NCBI GenBank assembly: GCA_038851325.1
Contig: JAWCKZ010000002.1
Location: 58,902-122,901, forward strand
Origin: Candidatus Bilamarchaeaceae archaeon
Lineage (GTDB): Archaea; Micrarchaeota; Micrarchaeia; Anstonellales; Bilamarchaeaceae
Direction of reading: 5' to 3'
DNA length: 64,000 bases
A program made the translations under genes and the position numbers. Below are positions 7,868 through 17,080 of the stretch, piece by piece; the stretch's first letter is position 1; every line of letters starts with the position of its first letter. A model generated the notes under the pieces. The model did not search any database. It saw only the letters and a program-made list of their open reading frames with translations, and had not been told where the DNA came from.

Positions 7868-8767
7868 TCACCCGTTCCTTCTTAAAACATAATCTATTAC
7901 AGCCATTCTTAGCGGAACACCATAATGTGCCTGCTCAAAGTATCTTGCCTGTGGCATTTTGTCTATCTCTGGATCTATCTCCCCAACCTTTGGCAGTGGA
8001 TGGAGTATGACCAAATCTTTCTTCGCTTCAGCAAGGTCTTCCCTTTTTATCCTGAACTTCTTCATTATCGATTGTGCTTCATACGGATCAGCAAACCTCT
8101 CTGCCTGTATTCGACAGACATAGAGAACGTCTGCGTCCTTAAACTCAGGTTCGCTCTTAGTTTTTACCTCAATTCCAAATCTCCTTTCTACCTCTCTGAG
8201 ATAATCTGTGTCCATCTCAAGTCCCTTTGGTGAGATCAGCGTGACGTTCGCGTCAAACATGCCAAGACCATAAACGAGTGACCGCATGGTCCTCGCATGC
8301 TTCAAATCGCCAAGAAGTGTCACGTTCAATCCAGCTATTTTTCCTTTCATCCTTCTTATAGAAAACAGGTCGATGAGTGTCTGCGTAGGATGCTGGTTTC
8401 CTCCGTCTCCCCCATTTACGACCGGCTTTTCACTCATGTCTGCAGCAAGCCTTGCAGAGCCTTCCTTCGCATGCCTTACCACAAGAACATCCGCATATCC
8501 CTCGACAGTTTTTATTGTGTCTGTAAAGCTCTCCCCCTTCTTCAGAGAACTTAGCTCGGGAAGGAAATCAACGTAGGTCATACCAAGCCGCATGGCGGCA
8601 GACTGGAATGAAAGCTTCGTTCTTGTTGATGGTTCAAAAAAAAGCGTGGCAAGTATCTTTCCCTTCAAATCAATTTTCTTTTTTCCGTCAGCAATCTTTG
8701 CTGCGGACTCAAGAATATCATCTACAACATCTTTTGTCATGTCCCGTATGGAGATAAGGTCCACCAT
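7868..8767 (-). CDS. pyrB: Aspartate carbamoyltransferase catalytic subunit
   Basis: FFEPSTRT, HPTQTLID, HPLP motifs. Confidence 0.97.
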   Translation of the reverse strand: MVDLISIRDMTKDVVDDILESAAKIADGKKKIDLKGKILATLFFEPSTRTKLSFQSAAMRLGMTYVDFLPELSSLKKGESFTDTIKTVEGYADVLVVRHAKEGSARLAADMSEKPVVNGGDGGNQHPTQTLIDLFSIRRMKGKIAGLNVTLLGDLKHARTMRSLVYGLGMFDANVTLISPKGLEMDTDYLREVERRFGIEVKTKSEPEFKDADVLYVCRIQAERFADPYEAQSIMKKFRIKREDLAEAKKDLVILHPLPKVGEIDPEIDKMPQARYFEQAHYGVPLRMAVIDYVLRRNG

Positions 8768-8817
8768 CCCAACACCATAGGGTATTTAAGATCAATATTT
8801 ATATTTATTCTCTTTGA

Positions 8818-8945
8818 GGGCGGTGGGGCGAGCTCGTTCAGGCGCCATTCCTTCTGTGCACAGAAAAGCGCCTACAGGGTGACCGTGATGAAGACGAACA
8901 ATGCTATTGAAGTTAGCGGAAGCTATAAGGAGGCGAGCATGATGG
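8818..8945 (+). ncRNA. Candidate small structured RNA (hairpin-ACA followed by C/D-like boxes)
   Basis: GC-rich intergenic tract downstream of TTTATATTTA; AGGCGC..TTCTGTGCACAGAA..GCGCCT-ACA hairpin, box C GTGATGA 8885-8891, degenerate D-like ATGA 8939-8942. Confidence 0.4.
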
Positions 8946-8953
8946 GTTTAAAT

Positions 8954-9895
8954 TTACAACAACCTACTTTCTTCTCTTGTGGATGGCAGCTTTATTATTT
9001 TTGCAGATTCGCTGCAGATTTTTCTTTTAGAGTGATTTCTTTCTCCCTTTTCGTCTTTTTTTGTTTTAATCTGGAATTTTTCTTCAATTATTTTTATAGC
9101 TTCCTCATATTTTTTCTCTCCCAATAATTCGGCAACTTTGTTGCTGGCTTCGATAAGGTCGTTAACCAAGATAGAGCTGATCGCAGGTGTTCGCGCTCCC
9201 CTTTCCATAGCCTCTGAGATCACCCCATCAATCGTGTCAAACAGTCGCAGAATTGTGTTGGCTTTTTTGTAGCTGTAGTCTCCGCCAAGCGCAGCCAAGG
9301 GTCTGCTTATATATTTTTTTATCAATCCTTCTCGTGCGGTATGGACGCGTACGACGTTTCCTTCTTTTTCATAGATTCCATACCTATCAAGTTGTGAAAT
9401 CATCGAATTAATCCTGTCTATAGAATTAGTCAGAATCCAAAGCTTTATCTCCATTTCTTCTTTATTTTTGAGTTCAAAACCGTTTATTGTTTCAAGCGAG
9501 GCGGAAAGAGCAGGAGGGATATTGACCTTGGTTTTTATCTTAACTATCGATTCTATGTTTTCAACATAGCTATCAATAATATGTGCCTTCTGATTGCATC
9601 TGATTAGCCTCTCTAATATATCAAGAGAATCGATCGCGCACATCTTAACTTTTTGTCTTATTTCTTCGTGGGGCTTTTGCTTGACTGGCTTCTTAAGTAT
9701 GTCCAATTCGGAAAATCCAGAAAGTAGTAATCTGCCATTTTTAACAGCCAGTTTAACAGCCAACTTAGACGGGCATCTATCTAAAAGCTCTTTGTATCTG
9801 TCAAGTATTTCCTTTGGCAGTTTTTTTGCTTCTTCTGGCACAGCGCCTTTATAGCATCTCCTTTTTGTGGTGCCTGGCAAAACCATCTTGTCCAT
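8954..9895 (-). CDS. Hypothetical protein (orphan)
   Basis: 313-aa ORF with TATA-like TTTAAA just upstream; no recognisable domain. Confidence 0.7.
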   Translation of the reverse strand: MDKMVLPGTTKRRCYKGAVPEEAKKLPKEILDRYKELLDRCPSKLAVKLAVKNGRLLLSGFSELDILKKPVKQKPHEEIRQKVKMCAIDSLDILERLIRCNQKAHIIDSYVENIESIVKIKTKVNIPPALSASLETINGFELKNKEEMEIKLWILTNSIDRINSMISQLDRYGIYEKEGNVVRVHTAREGLIKKYISRPLAALGGDYSYKKANTILRLFDTIDGVISEAMERGARTPAISSILVNDLIEASNKVAELLGEKKYEEAIKIIEEKFQIKTKKDEKGERNHSKRKICSESAKIIKLPSTREESRLL

Positions 9896-9955
9896 GTGTT
9901 TACTCTGTGCTAAACAATTTAAAATAGTATGCTATGAGGCCGTAGAGTCATTTTG

Positions 9956-11182
9956 TTAACGAAACTGCTGAGCAGTTTTATATCTAAGAAAAGCACCAAC
10001 CCCTCCAAAACCGTGAAGAAATTGTGCACCCTCTGATGTGTCGGTTGAAATTATCTCAACAGGGATATTATTCGCGCGTGCTAGGTCCTCGAGGTCGTCG
10101 ATTAAATCTTTTACTGTTATAATCTTTGCGTCTCCACCGCACGTGCACTTTATATGCTCCTCTGGCTTTGTCCTTGTAAGTCTATACGTCTCTGCGCCGC
10201 ACGCTGCGCACTTATACCAAACAATCTTATAGTCCAAACCTTCTGAAAGAAGCACACGCTCCGCTTGTTTCGTAGTTATCGCTTCGCGGACCTCTTTTTC
10301 ACCGTAGGTTGCAAGGCCTTCGTGAACAACATCTTTTATGAAGTTGTTAATAAGCGTCTTTTCCTTTACAAGCTCCTGTTGTGCAAGAAGCGCCTCGCTC
10401 TTTCCGATAACTTCCTGTACCCCATATTCATCAGTATAACCTGTGTCAACGACTCCGAGTACTTTAATCTGATAATTAAATGGCCTGTCTCTCACAAATA
10501 TATCTTTGACCGGACCAGGTCCGCCTATAACGATACCTTTAACTCGTTCAAGAAAATGTTCATCTATTTTTTCTCCTACTTTCTTGTAGTAGTACTCGAT
10601 ACTTTCCTCGCGCAACCGCTCAAATCTACGGGCGCTCTGACCTCCCTTTCTTATTTTGGCATGAGCCATGGAGTGCACACGGTCAACGATTTTTGTTTCT
10701 GTTCCCCTCACTATTGCAAGGGTTGCCTCCCTACCGTCCATCACTACAACGCCATAAGTATCGCGCGTCTCAAGAATCCGTTCTAGAGGTTCGAGAAAAA
10801 AGCGGCTATCACATCTGTATATTCCAACCTTAAGCGGCTCTGGCGGTTCCAAAGAAAAAAGCTGGATGTCAACCTTCGCAGGATTGTCCGATATGTTGCC
10901 GGCGAAAACAGCGAGCCCGTTAGGAGGGGTTTCTCTAAAGAGTTTGAGATGATTTATTATTCGTTCAAGAGCACCGAGCACATTCGTTCGTGTCGTTTTT
11001 GATTTTATATTGCTTGCCTGGCTCATCTCCTGCCGAAGACGATTTCCCATTTCATGTACTGGTGAGCCAGCCGGAATATACACTGATATGAGTTCTGTGC
11101 CGCTGCCTGAAAAAGAAGAAAGCATTTTTAACCATCGCTTCAGCTCAAAGAGCTTTTCGCTTTTTGTTTTTTCTTCAGCCAT
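9956..11182 (-). CDS. prf1: Peptide chain release factor aRF1
   Basis: GTELISVYIP, ASNIKS and GGQS motifs; zinc-knuckle insert. Confidence 0.97.
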   Translation of the reverse strand: MAEEKTKSEKLFELKRWLKMLSSFSGSGTELISVYIPAGSPVHEMGNRLRQEMSQASNIKSKTTRTNVLGALERIINHLKLFRETPPNGLAVFAGNISDNPAKVDIQLFSLEPPEPLKVGIYRCDSRFFLEPLERILETRDTYGVVVMDGREATLAIVRGTETKIVDRVHSMAHAKIRKGGQSARRFERLREESIEYYYKKVGEKIDEHFLERVKGIVIGGPGPVKDIFVRDRPFNYQIKVLGVVDTGYTDEYGVQEVIGKSEALLAQQELVKEKTLINNFIKDVVHEGLATYGEKEVREAITTKQAERVLLSEGLDYKIVWYKCAACGAETYRLTRTKPEEHIKCTCGGDAKIITVKDLIDDLEDLARANNIPVEIISTDTSEGAQFLHGFGGVGAFLRYKTAQQFR

Positions 11183-11213
11183 TTCTGTATCCCACCATTT
11201 TGTTATTTCACGT

Positions 11214-11888
11214 TTACTCCAGCAATCTTACTTCCATTGTTTCAAGATCATATTTCATAGCTACGATTCGCAACTTTCCTTCCTCAGCCGCTTTTCTCAC
11301 TATCTCACTCTTTCTTAACAATTCATCGATTACCATTTTTGCGTTTATATCTATTGCCTTATCCACGTTATTTTCAGCTTTTTTTGCAGCCGGTTTTATT
11401 TTCTTTATTACTGCTGCAAGGTTGCCCTCCGCATGTCCTTCACTACATGCTGCAGTTACAGCCCCGCATTTTGTGTGCGCAAGGACAACAAGGAGCGGTG
11501 TATGAAGATGACCTACACCGTATTCTATGCTACCGATGCATACCTTGTCGAGTATGTTCCCGGCCGTTTCTACCTTAAAAATATCTCCTATATTAGCATC
11601 GAATATATACGATGGAATAACTCTCGAATCAGAGCACGTCAGCATGGTAACAAACGGGTGTTGTCCGTTTAGAAGTTCTCTGTTTTTTTCAGGTAAATTC
11701 TTCTGTTCCATCCTACCTTCCACATATCTTCTATTTCCTTCCAAAAGTCGTTCTATCTCCTTTTCACCTACCATACTTTCCACCCTTGAACTCAGCGGTT
11801 CCAGCCTCTCAATGCCTGTTTTCCTTTTTGTTGGTTGTACTGGTTGTACCGCTTTTTCTTCAGGCTTTTTTTGAATTTTTTGTCTCAC
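11214..11888 (-). CDS. Beta-class carbonic anhydrase
   Basis: LLEGNRRY, CSDSRV, AGN, HTKCGAV zinc ligands; start is GTG 11888 or ATG 11774 (both have a GGTG RBS). Confidence 0.93.
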   Translation of the reverse strand: MRQKIQKKPEEKAVQPVQPTKRKTGIERLEPLSSRVESMVGEKEIERLLEGNRRYVEGRMEQKNLPEKNRELLNGQHPFVTMLTCSDSRVIPSYIFDANIGDIFKVETAGNILDKVCIGSIEYGVGHLHTPLLVVLAHTKCGAVTAACSEGHAEGNLAAVIKKIKPAAKKAENNVDKAIDINAKMVIDELLRKSEIVRKAAEEGKLRIVAMKYDLETMEVRLLE

Positions 11889-11984
11889 ATTCTCACCAAA
11901 GAATTTATCACAAAAAGCGATTCGCAACTAATTTGTTCATAATTTGTTCATAATGTTTAAATACCATATCTACGAGAACTCTTC

Positions 11985-12974
11985 ATGGATTTCTGTGCTG
12001 TAGTCAAGGATGAACTGAAAGAAATAGAGGATCAAATCGAGATGTACTTAGCCAACAAGGACGCACGGGTCTACGGTCCGCTTCTTCCATTCATAAAGCG
12101 CGGCGGAAAAAGAATAAGACCCATTATTGCGGTTGTATTCTTTAGAGCGTTTGGCGGCAAAAACTTTAGCGATGTAAAGAAAATCGCAGCTCTTATAGAG
12201 TTGTTCCATAATTTCACACTAATTCACGATGATATTGAAGATGACTCAAAATACAGAAGAGGGGAGCCAACGCTTCACGTTCAATACGGAATTCCAATAG
12301 CACTTAATTCTGCGGATGCGCTCTATACCTTAGTATGGCGTGAACTTATCTCTGTCAATATGGACAGAAAAAAACTTTATTGCACTGTAGAGGCATGCGC
12401 AAAGGCTTTTACTGAAGTTACAGAAGGACAGGGGCTAGAGCTTTATTGGGAAAAAAACGGCATCTACGACATTACTGAAGAGGACTATCTCTCTATGATA
12501 GATAAAAAGACAGCGGCCCTTTTGGGGCTGTCGGCTTGGGTTGGAGCCTACCTTGGAGGTGCATCGCGCAAAGAGCGGATCGAAGCAGAAAAATTTGGAA
12601 GAACAGTTGGTATCGCATTTCAGATACAGGACGATGTTCTGAACGTCTCCGGGGATTTTAAGAAGTATCAGAAAAAAATAGGGGACGATATAACAGAAGG
12701 AAAGAGAACCCTGATGGTTATAAAGGCGCTACAAGATGGAGAGCCCGCAGACAAAGAAAGGTTAAAAACATTACTTGCAAGCCATACTACTGATCCTGCT
12801 CAAATAACCGAAGCCATAGACATATTGAAAAAATATGGCGCGATAGAGTACGCAAAGGAGCGAGCAAATGTGCTCGTGGAAGACGCTTTAGACCATATAA
12901 GCCACATGAAAGATTCGAATTATAAAAAAGCTTTGTGCGAGATCGCAAATTTTGCGATTACACGAGAAAGATAA
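11985..12974 (+). CDS. Polyprenyl diphosphate synthase (GGPP synthase-like)
   Basis: GGKRIRP, LIHDDIEDDSKYRRG, KKTA, FQIQDD. Confidence 0.93.
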   Translation: MDFCAVVKDELKEIEDQIEMYLANKDARVYGPLLPFIKRGGKRIRPIIAVVFFRAFGGKNFSDVKKIAALIELFHNFTLIHDDIEDDSKYRRGEPTLHVQYGIPIALNSADALYTLVWRELISVNMDRKKLYCTVEACAKAFTEVTEGQGLELYWEKNGIYDITEEDYLSMIDKKTAALLGLSAWVGAYLGGASRKERIEAEKFGRTVGIAFQIQDDVLNVSGDFKKYQKKIGDDITEGKRTLMVIKALQDGEPADKERLKTLLASHTTDPAQITEAIDILKKYGAIEYAKERANVLVEDALDHISHMKDSNYKKALCEIANFAITRER

Positions 12975-13030
12975 CGTTTTAAACTCTTTTTCCCATATAC
13001 TGTAAACAACAAGCAAATACCGAACGCTTA

Positions 13031-14386
13031 GTGAAGAGTATGAAATATTTCAAAACATTTATGGTGGATGCTGCAAAGCAGAAGAGTAAAGGCCCTACTG
13101 CTAACCATAAACTAAACAAATTGTATGTTCAGCACGAAGGGTTGCTTACCACTCAAAACAACGTACAACCATCGCCAAGGGGGCGTAATGTAACCGTACA
13201 TGGTCCACTAAAAATTGCTTTGGAGGAGTTTGCGCCAGACGCCGAAAGCTACGACTCTCTACGATGTATAACCAGGTTCGCAAGCGAGGACTTTAGTAGT
13301 CTTTCGGAGTACCTATTTACAGTGCTCAAAAAAGCCTTTGAAGGCGTGGTGAGATGCTCCATCTATCTTGCCGAAGAGGTAGGAACCAGGAGCAGTTTCA
13401 AAACAATCCTCTCGCATTATCTGACTATTAACATGAATGGAAATGTAAGAACAAGTTCGTTGGACAAGGGAAGCAGAATATCAGATAAGAGCGATCCTAT
13501 TTTGAAGGCTTATCTGGATAAAAAACCCAGGTTTATAGATTATCGCGCGGGCATGGACCTGATTTTCAAGAATCTTAATTATGAAAACAAAGACTGTGAT
13601 GTGTACGTAAGAGAACCTAACATCCTTAAAGATGATGTTGCGTTGATACCATTTTATTACAGGGAAAGGGATAAACTTCGCGGTGTGATGGTACTGGAAG
13701 GAAACCTCAAGTGTAAAAATTCGGCAAAATGTGGTTTTGGGAAAGCATTCTATTTTATGATGGCAGCTACAGCACTCGGCGCCCAAGTTGGTTTTATATC
13801 AATGCAAAAATACGATCACACAACCGCGCTGTATAAAAAAAGCGATTTTGAGATAGACCTAAAAACATTAATTCGCAGATTGTTAAAAGCACAAAAGCGT
13901 GGTGCGCAAAAGAACGCTATTATCCTTCTCGTAGACCTTGATAATTTTAAGGCGGTCAATGAGCATTATGGATATTTAGCTGGGGACGCTCTTCTTAGTA
14001 ATATAGCAAAAGCGATAAAGAACTCCGTGCGCAGGCCCACACAAAACAGAAAATCAGACATTATAGCCAGATGGGGCGGGGAGGAGTTCGCTATTCTTCT
14101 TGAGGATATAGATGAAGAAAATGCAATCAAAATAGCCAACCGAATCAGGGACGAGGTGGCCAAGGCAAAGATAAAAGTTGACGAAAAAGAGATAAGAGTA
14201 ACATGCAGCATAGGCCTTCTTAATATCGAGAAAGCTTTGGCGACAGATAAGAGAACAGGTGTGGATGAAGCAGCAAAAAATGTTTTTAATAAATGCAACA
14301 CCCTTCTCAAATCTGTTAAAAGCAACGGAAAGAATGGAATAGCGTTTGTTTCAGAGGGCAATGGTGTGGAGCTGATACGCGGATAG
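13031..14386 (+). CDS. GAF-like + GGDEF domain protein (putative diguanylate cyclase)
   Basis: LVDLDNFKAVNEHYGYLAGDALL, RKSD I-site, ARWGGEEFAILL, VTCSIG. Confidence 0.9.
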   Translation: MKSMKYFKTFMVDAAKQKSKGPTANHKLNKLYVQHEGLLTTQNNVQPSPRGRNVTVHGPLKIALEEFAPDAESYDSLRCITRFASEDFSSLSEYLFTVLKKAFEGVVRCSIYLAEEVGTRSSFKTILSHYLTINMNGNVRTSSLDKGSRISDKSDPILKAYLDKKPRFIDYRAGMDLIFKNLNYENKDCDVYVREPNILKDDVALIPFYYRERDKLRGVMVLEGNLKCKNSAKCGFGKAFYFMMAATALGAQVGFISMQKYDHTTALYKKSDFEIDLKTLIRRLLKAQKRGAQKNAIILLVDLDNFKAVNEHYGYLAGDALLSNIAKAIKNSVRRPTQNRKSDIIARWGGEEFAILLEDIDEENAIKIANRIRDEVAKAKIKVDEKEIRVTCSIGLLNIEKALATDKRTGVDEAAKNVFNKCNTLLKSVKSNGKNGIAFVSEGNGVELIRG

Positions 14387-14431
14387 CGTAGAGTTTTTAA
14401 ATTATCTTTCTATAGTTTTTTTGGTAATCGT

Positions 14432-15244
14432 ATGCCGAGAAATTTCTTTATAACCGGTTTGCCAAAATCCGGGAAAACAACAATTCTGAGGAAGCTTATA
14501 GAGGAATTTAAGAAGAGGGGACTTAAGGTCGGCGGGTTTATCTCCCCAGAAGAGAGAGAGCACGGCACTAGAGAAGGTTTTTATGTTCAGGATATAGACA
14601 CAGGCCGGATCGGCAGGTTGGCATCCACAAAAGGTGACGGTCCAAAGGTGAGCAAGTATCACGTAGATATAAAATCCTTTGAGAGTATTGCGGTGCCGAT
14701 CATGAAAAAAGTTGACGAGTATGACGTTCTAATCATAGATGAGATAGGACGAATGGAGATGAAAAGCAAAAGGTTTGTGGAGCTCCTTGATGAAGTATTC
14801 GAGTCCCAAACACCAGTCATCGCATCTATTCATCAAGACTACGTGCTGACGTACGCCGTAAATGGTGAGATATTTGTTGTCACACCGACGACTCGCGAGG
14901 CCGTGTTTATTGATCTCCTTAATAAAGCAACTCAGGAATACTCACGGGTTCCACCCGAGGAGAAAATAAGGAAAAAGGAAAAGCCACCCAGAAAAGAGAA
15001 GAAGAGAAAAAAGGAAAAAAGGAAAGGAAAGGAGAAGACAAAGAAGGGAAAAGGGTTGAAAGAAGAAAAGAAAACGGAGGAAAGAAAGGAGCTGAAGGAA
15101 GAACGAGAAAGGGCAAAGGAAGAGGAAAGGAAAGAGGAAGAGGAAAGGAAAGAAGAGGAAAAGGATAAAAAAGAGGAAAGAAGTGCTGAAAAACCAGCGC
15201 AAAGAGGAATAATAAGAAAATTTCGTGAGCTACTTGGTTTTTAG
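14432..15244 (+). CDS. NTPase_1 (THEP1-like) P-loop NTPase with K/E-rich C-terminal tail
   Basis: ITGLPKSGKTT, VGGFIS.E.RE.G.R.GF, IIDEIGRME. Confidence 0.9.
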   Translation: MPRNFFITGLPKSGKTTILRKLIEEFKKRGLKVGGFISPEEREHGTREGFYVQDIDTGRIGRLASTKGDGPKVSKYHVDIKSFESIAVPIMKKVDEYDVLIIDEIGRMEMKSKRFVELLDEVFESQTPVIASIHQDYVLTYAVNGEIFVVTPTTREAVFIDLLNKATQEYSRVPPEEKIRKKEKPPRKEKKRKKEKRKGKEKTKKGKGLKEEKKTEERKELKEERERAKEEERKEEEERKEEEKDKKEERSAEKPAQRGIIRKFRELLGF

Positions 15245-15320
15245 TATATCTTACGACGTAGATTTTCAATTAACTCTTACTATCAAATCTGCTTCATTCG
15301 GCCTACCACACTTTAGCTAT

Positions 15321-17027
15321 TCAGCTGCTCTCTTCCCACAGCTTCTTTATCAATTTCTTTAGCTCTTCTCGCTTTCTTAGGAATTCCATCTCTTCTTCTT
15401 TCGTTAGTCTCATCTGCTCTTTTATATATGCTTCTTTTTCCTTGATCTCTTCTTTTTCCTTCACCTTTCCCTCACCTATCCTGAGTTCAAGAAGTTTTGC
15501 TTGGTGCGAGAGCAGAGTAAGACGCTTGTTCAGGCCATCTGACATTTCTGAAAGTCGCGAGAGCGAGTTGTTTATCTCATCTAAAAGTTTCTTTTTTTCC
15601 TTTATTTCCTTTGCGGCCTCAAGTGCTTTTTTGAGTTCGCTTTCACCAACTTTCTCTGCGAATTTTTTTGCCTCTTTTTTGATTTCTGTTTCCTGCGCTG
15701 CAGCAATCCCCCTCATTCTTTCGAGCTCCTTCTCTATCTTATCTATTTCGGCATTATATCCTTTAAGCGACGGTACAATACGCTCTTTTATTTGCTGGAA
15801 TGTGACATATCTGTTTTTATCCTCTTCGAGCGCTTCTGAAATCTTCAGTGATTCTTCTTTCAACTCTGCAAGTTTATCCTCTATGTTTTTGGCAAGCTCC
15901 TCTGCCTCAACTGCTGTGGTTCGTCTTCCGCCAGCAACTTCGAGCAGCCTTTTTAGCGCGCTCACCTTCTCTTCTATTTCCCTCTCTCGTCTTTCAAGTT
16001 CTTTCATTTCTTCATGGAGTTTGGCTTGAGATGGAAATCTTGTTACTATACCTTTTGCAACTTCCAGAGAATCCGAAAAGCGCTCTATGGTGTCAAAATT
16101 CTCCTTTAGTTTTTCATCTACTCTCTTTATGTTCTCAAAGAGTTTGTCTGCCTCTTTAGTGAGCTCCTTTAATTCTTGTTTAAGCGTTGCGGATGTTTTT
16201 TCATATTCTTTTAGAGATCCTCCAACTGCTGAGACTATTTCGGCTCCTTCTTTAATGCTTACTATATCCTCCCTAAGTATTGCATTTCTTTTCTTCATCT
16301 CGTTGAAATCTCTTACAAGGGAATCAAATTTCTTGCGCATTTCCGCAGCAGACGGTATCTCAATCCCTGTTGGAACTTCTTCCTTAAGTTTTCTTTTTGT
16401 TTCCTTCAGTTCACTCATTAGACCAAAAATCTCATTTTGAAGAGTCTTAAACCGCTCAAACGCCTTTTCGCTTTCAGGTTTGGATATCTGTGAGCTTAAC
16501 GTGCTTACCTCTTTTTGGAGCTCTTTTATTTCATTCCTAATTCTGTTTATTTCAGAAACGGCGTTCGACAAGATCTTTAAACTATCATCAAATCTTTTCT
16601 CCGAGAGCTCCTTCTCAGCTATAACTGGTGCGATATTCCGTTCTATATCGTCCAGACGCTTGTATATTCTTGCGTAAACCTCTGAGAATGATTCTTTAAG
16701 TTTTTCGATCTTTTCCATCTCAGGTAAAAGAGCTTCCCTTGTTTTTTCTATCTCTTTAGTAAGCTCTGCCTTTTCTTTTTCAAACGAGAGACGTTCCTCC
16801 TCTATCTGTTCGGCTGCTGGTTGAACCCATACAAGGTATATCTTGGCAAGTTTATACTCTACACGAATTATTCCTTCTTCCTCAAGAACTCGCGCCCACT
16901 CTTCGATGGTGTCAGAAGGAATGTTTAGGGTTGCAGCGCATTCATCCACTTCTATTTTTCCTTTTTGCTTCACAAGTTTAACGAGAGCATCAACTCCTGT
17001 TGTGATCAGTAATTCATCAAATTCCAT
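15321..17027 (-). CDS. Long coiled-coil protein with N-terminal HTH-like domain
   Basis: ITTGVDALVKLV...IEEWARVLEEEGII followed by about 480 aa of heptad-rich E/K sequence; no Walker A. Confidence 0.75.
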   Translation of the reverse strand: MEFDELLITTGVDALVKLVKQKGKIEVDECAATLNIPSDTIEEWARVLEEEGIIRVEYKLAKIYLVWVQPAAEQIEEERLSFEKEKAELTKEIEKTREALLPEMEKIEKLKESFSEVYARIYKRLDDIERNIAPVIAEKELSEKRFDDSLKILSNAVSEINRIRNEIKELQKEVSTLSSQISKPESEKAFERFKTLQNEIFGLMSELKETKRKLKEEVPTGIEIPSAAEMRKKFDSLVRDFNEMKKRNAILREDIVSIKEGAEIVSAVGGSLKEYEKTSATLKQELKELTKEADKLFENIKRVDEKLKENFDTIERFSDSLEVAKGIVTRFPSQAKLHEEMKELERREREIEEKVSALKRLLEVAGGRRTTAVEAEELAKNIEDKLAELKEESLKISEALEEDKNRYVTFQQIKERIVPSLKGYNAEIDKIEKELERMRGIAAAQETEIKKEAKKFAEKVGESELKKALEAAKEIKEKKKLLDEINNSLSRLSEMSDGLNKRLTLLSHQAKLLELRIGEGKVKEKEEIKEKEAYIKEQMRLTKEEEMEFLRKREELKKLIKKLWEESS

Positions 17028-17080
17028 GGCAGAGTATTAAAAACATAAGATTTAAATATGGAATTCAGGATAATCACTCC

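Noticed and set aside
11930..11954. AATTTGTTCAT tandem duplication
   Set aside because: Two copies in an AT-rich divergent promoter; could be slippage or an operator, no further support.
14919..15269. Phe/Leu/Ser-rich minus-strand ORFs
   Set aside because: Antisense shadows of the purine-rich K/E tail of the NTPase.
15321..17027. SMC/Rad50 ATPase
   Set aside because: No Walker A/B, signature, hinge or zinc-hook motif.
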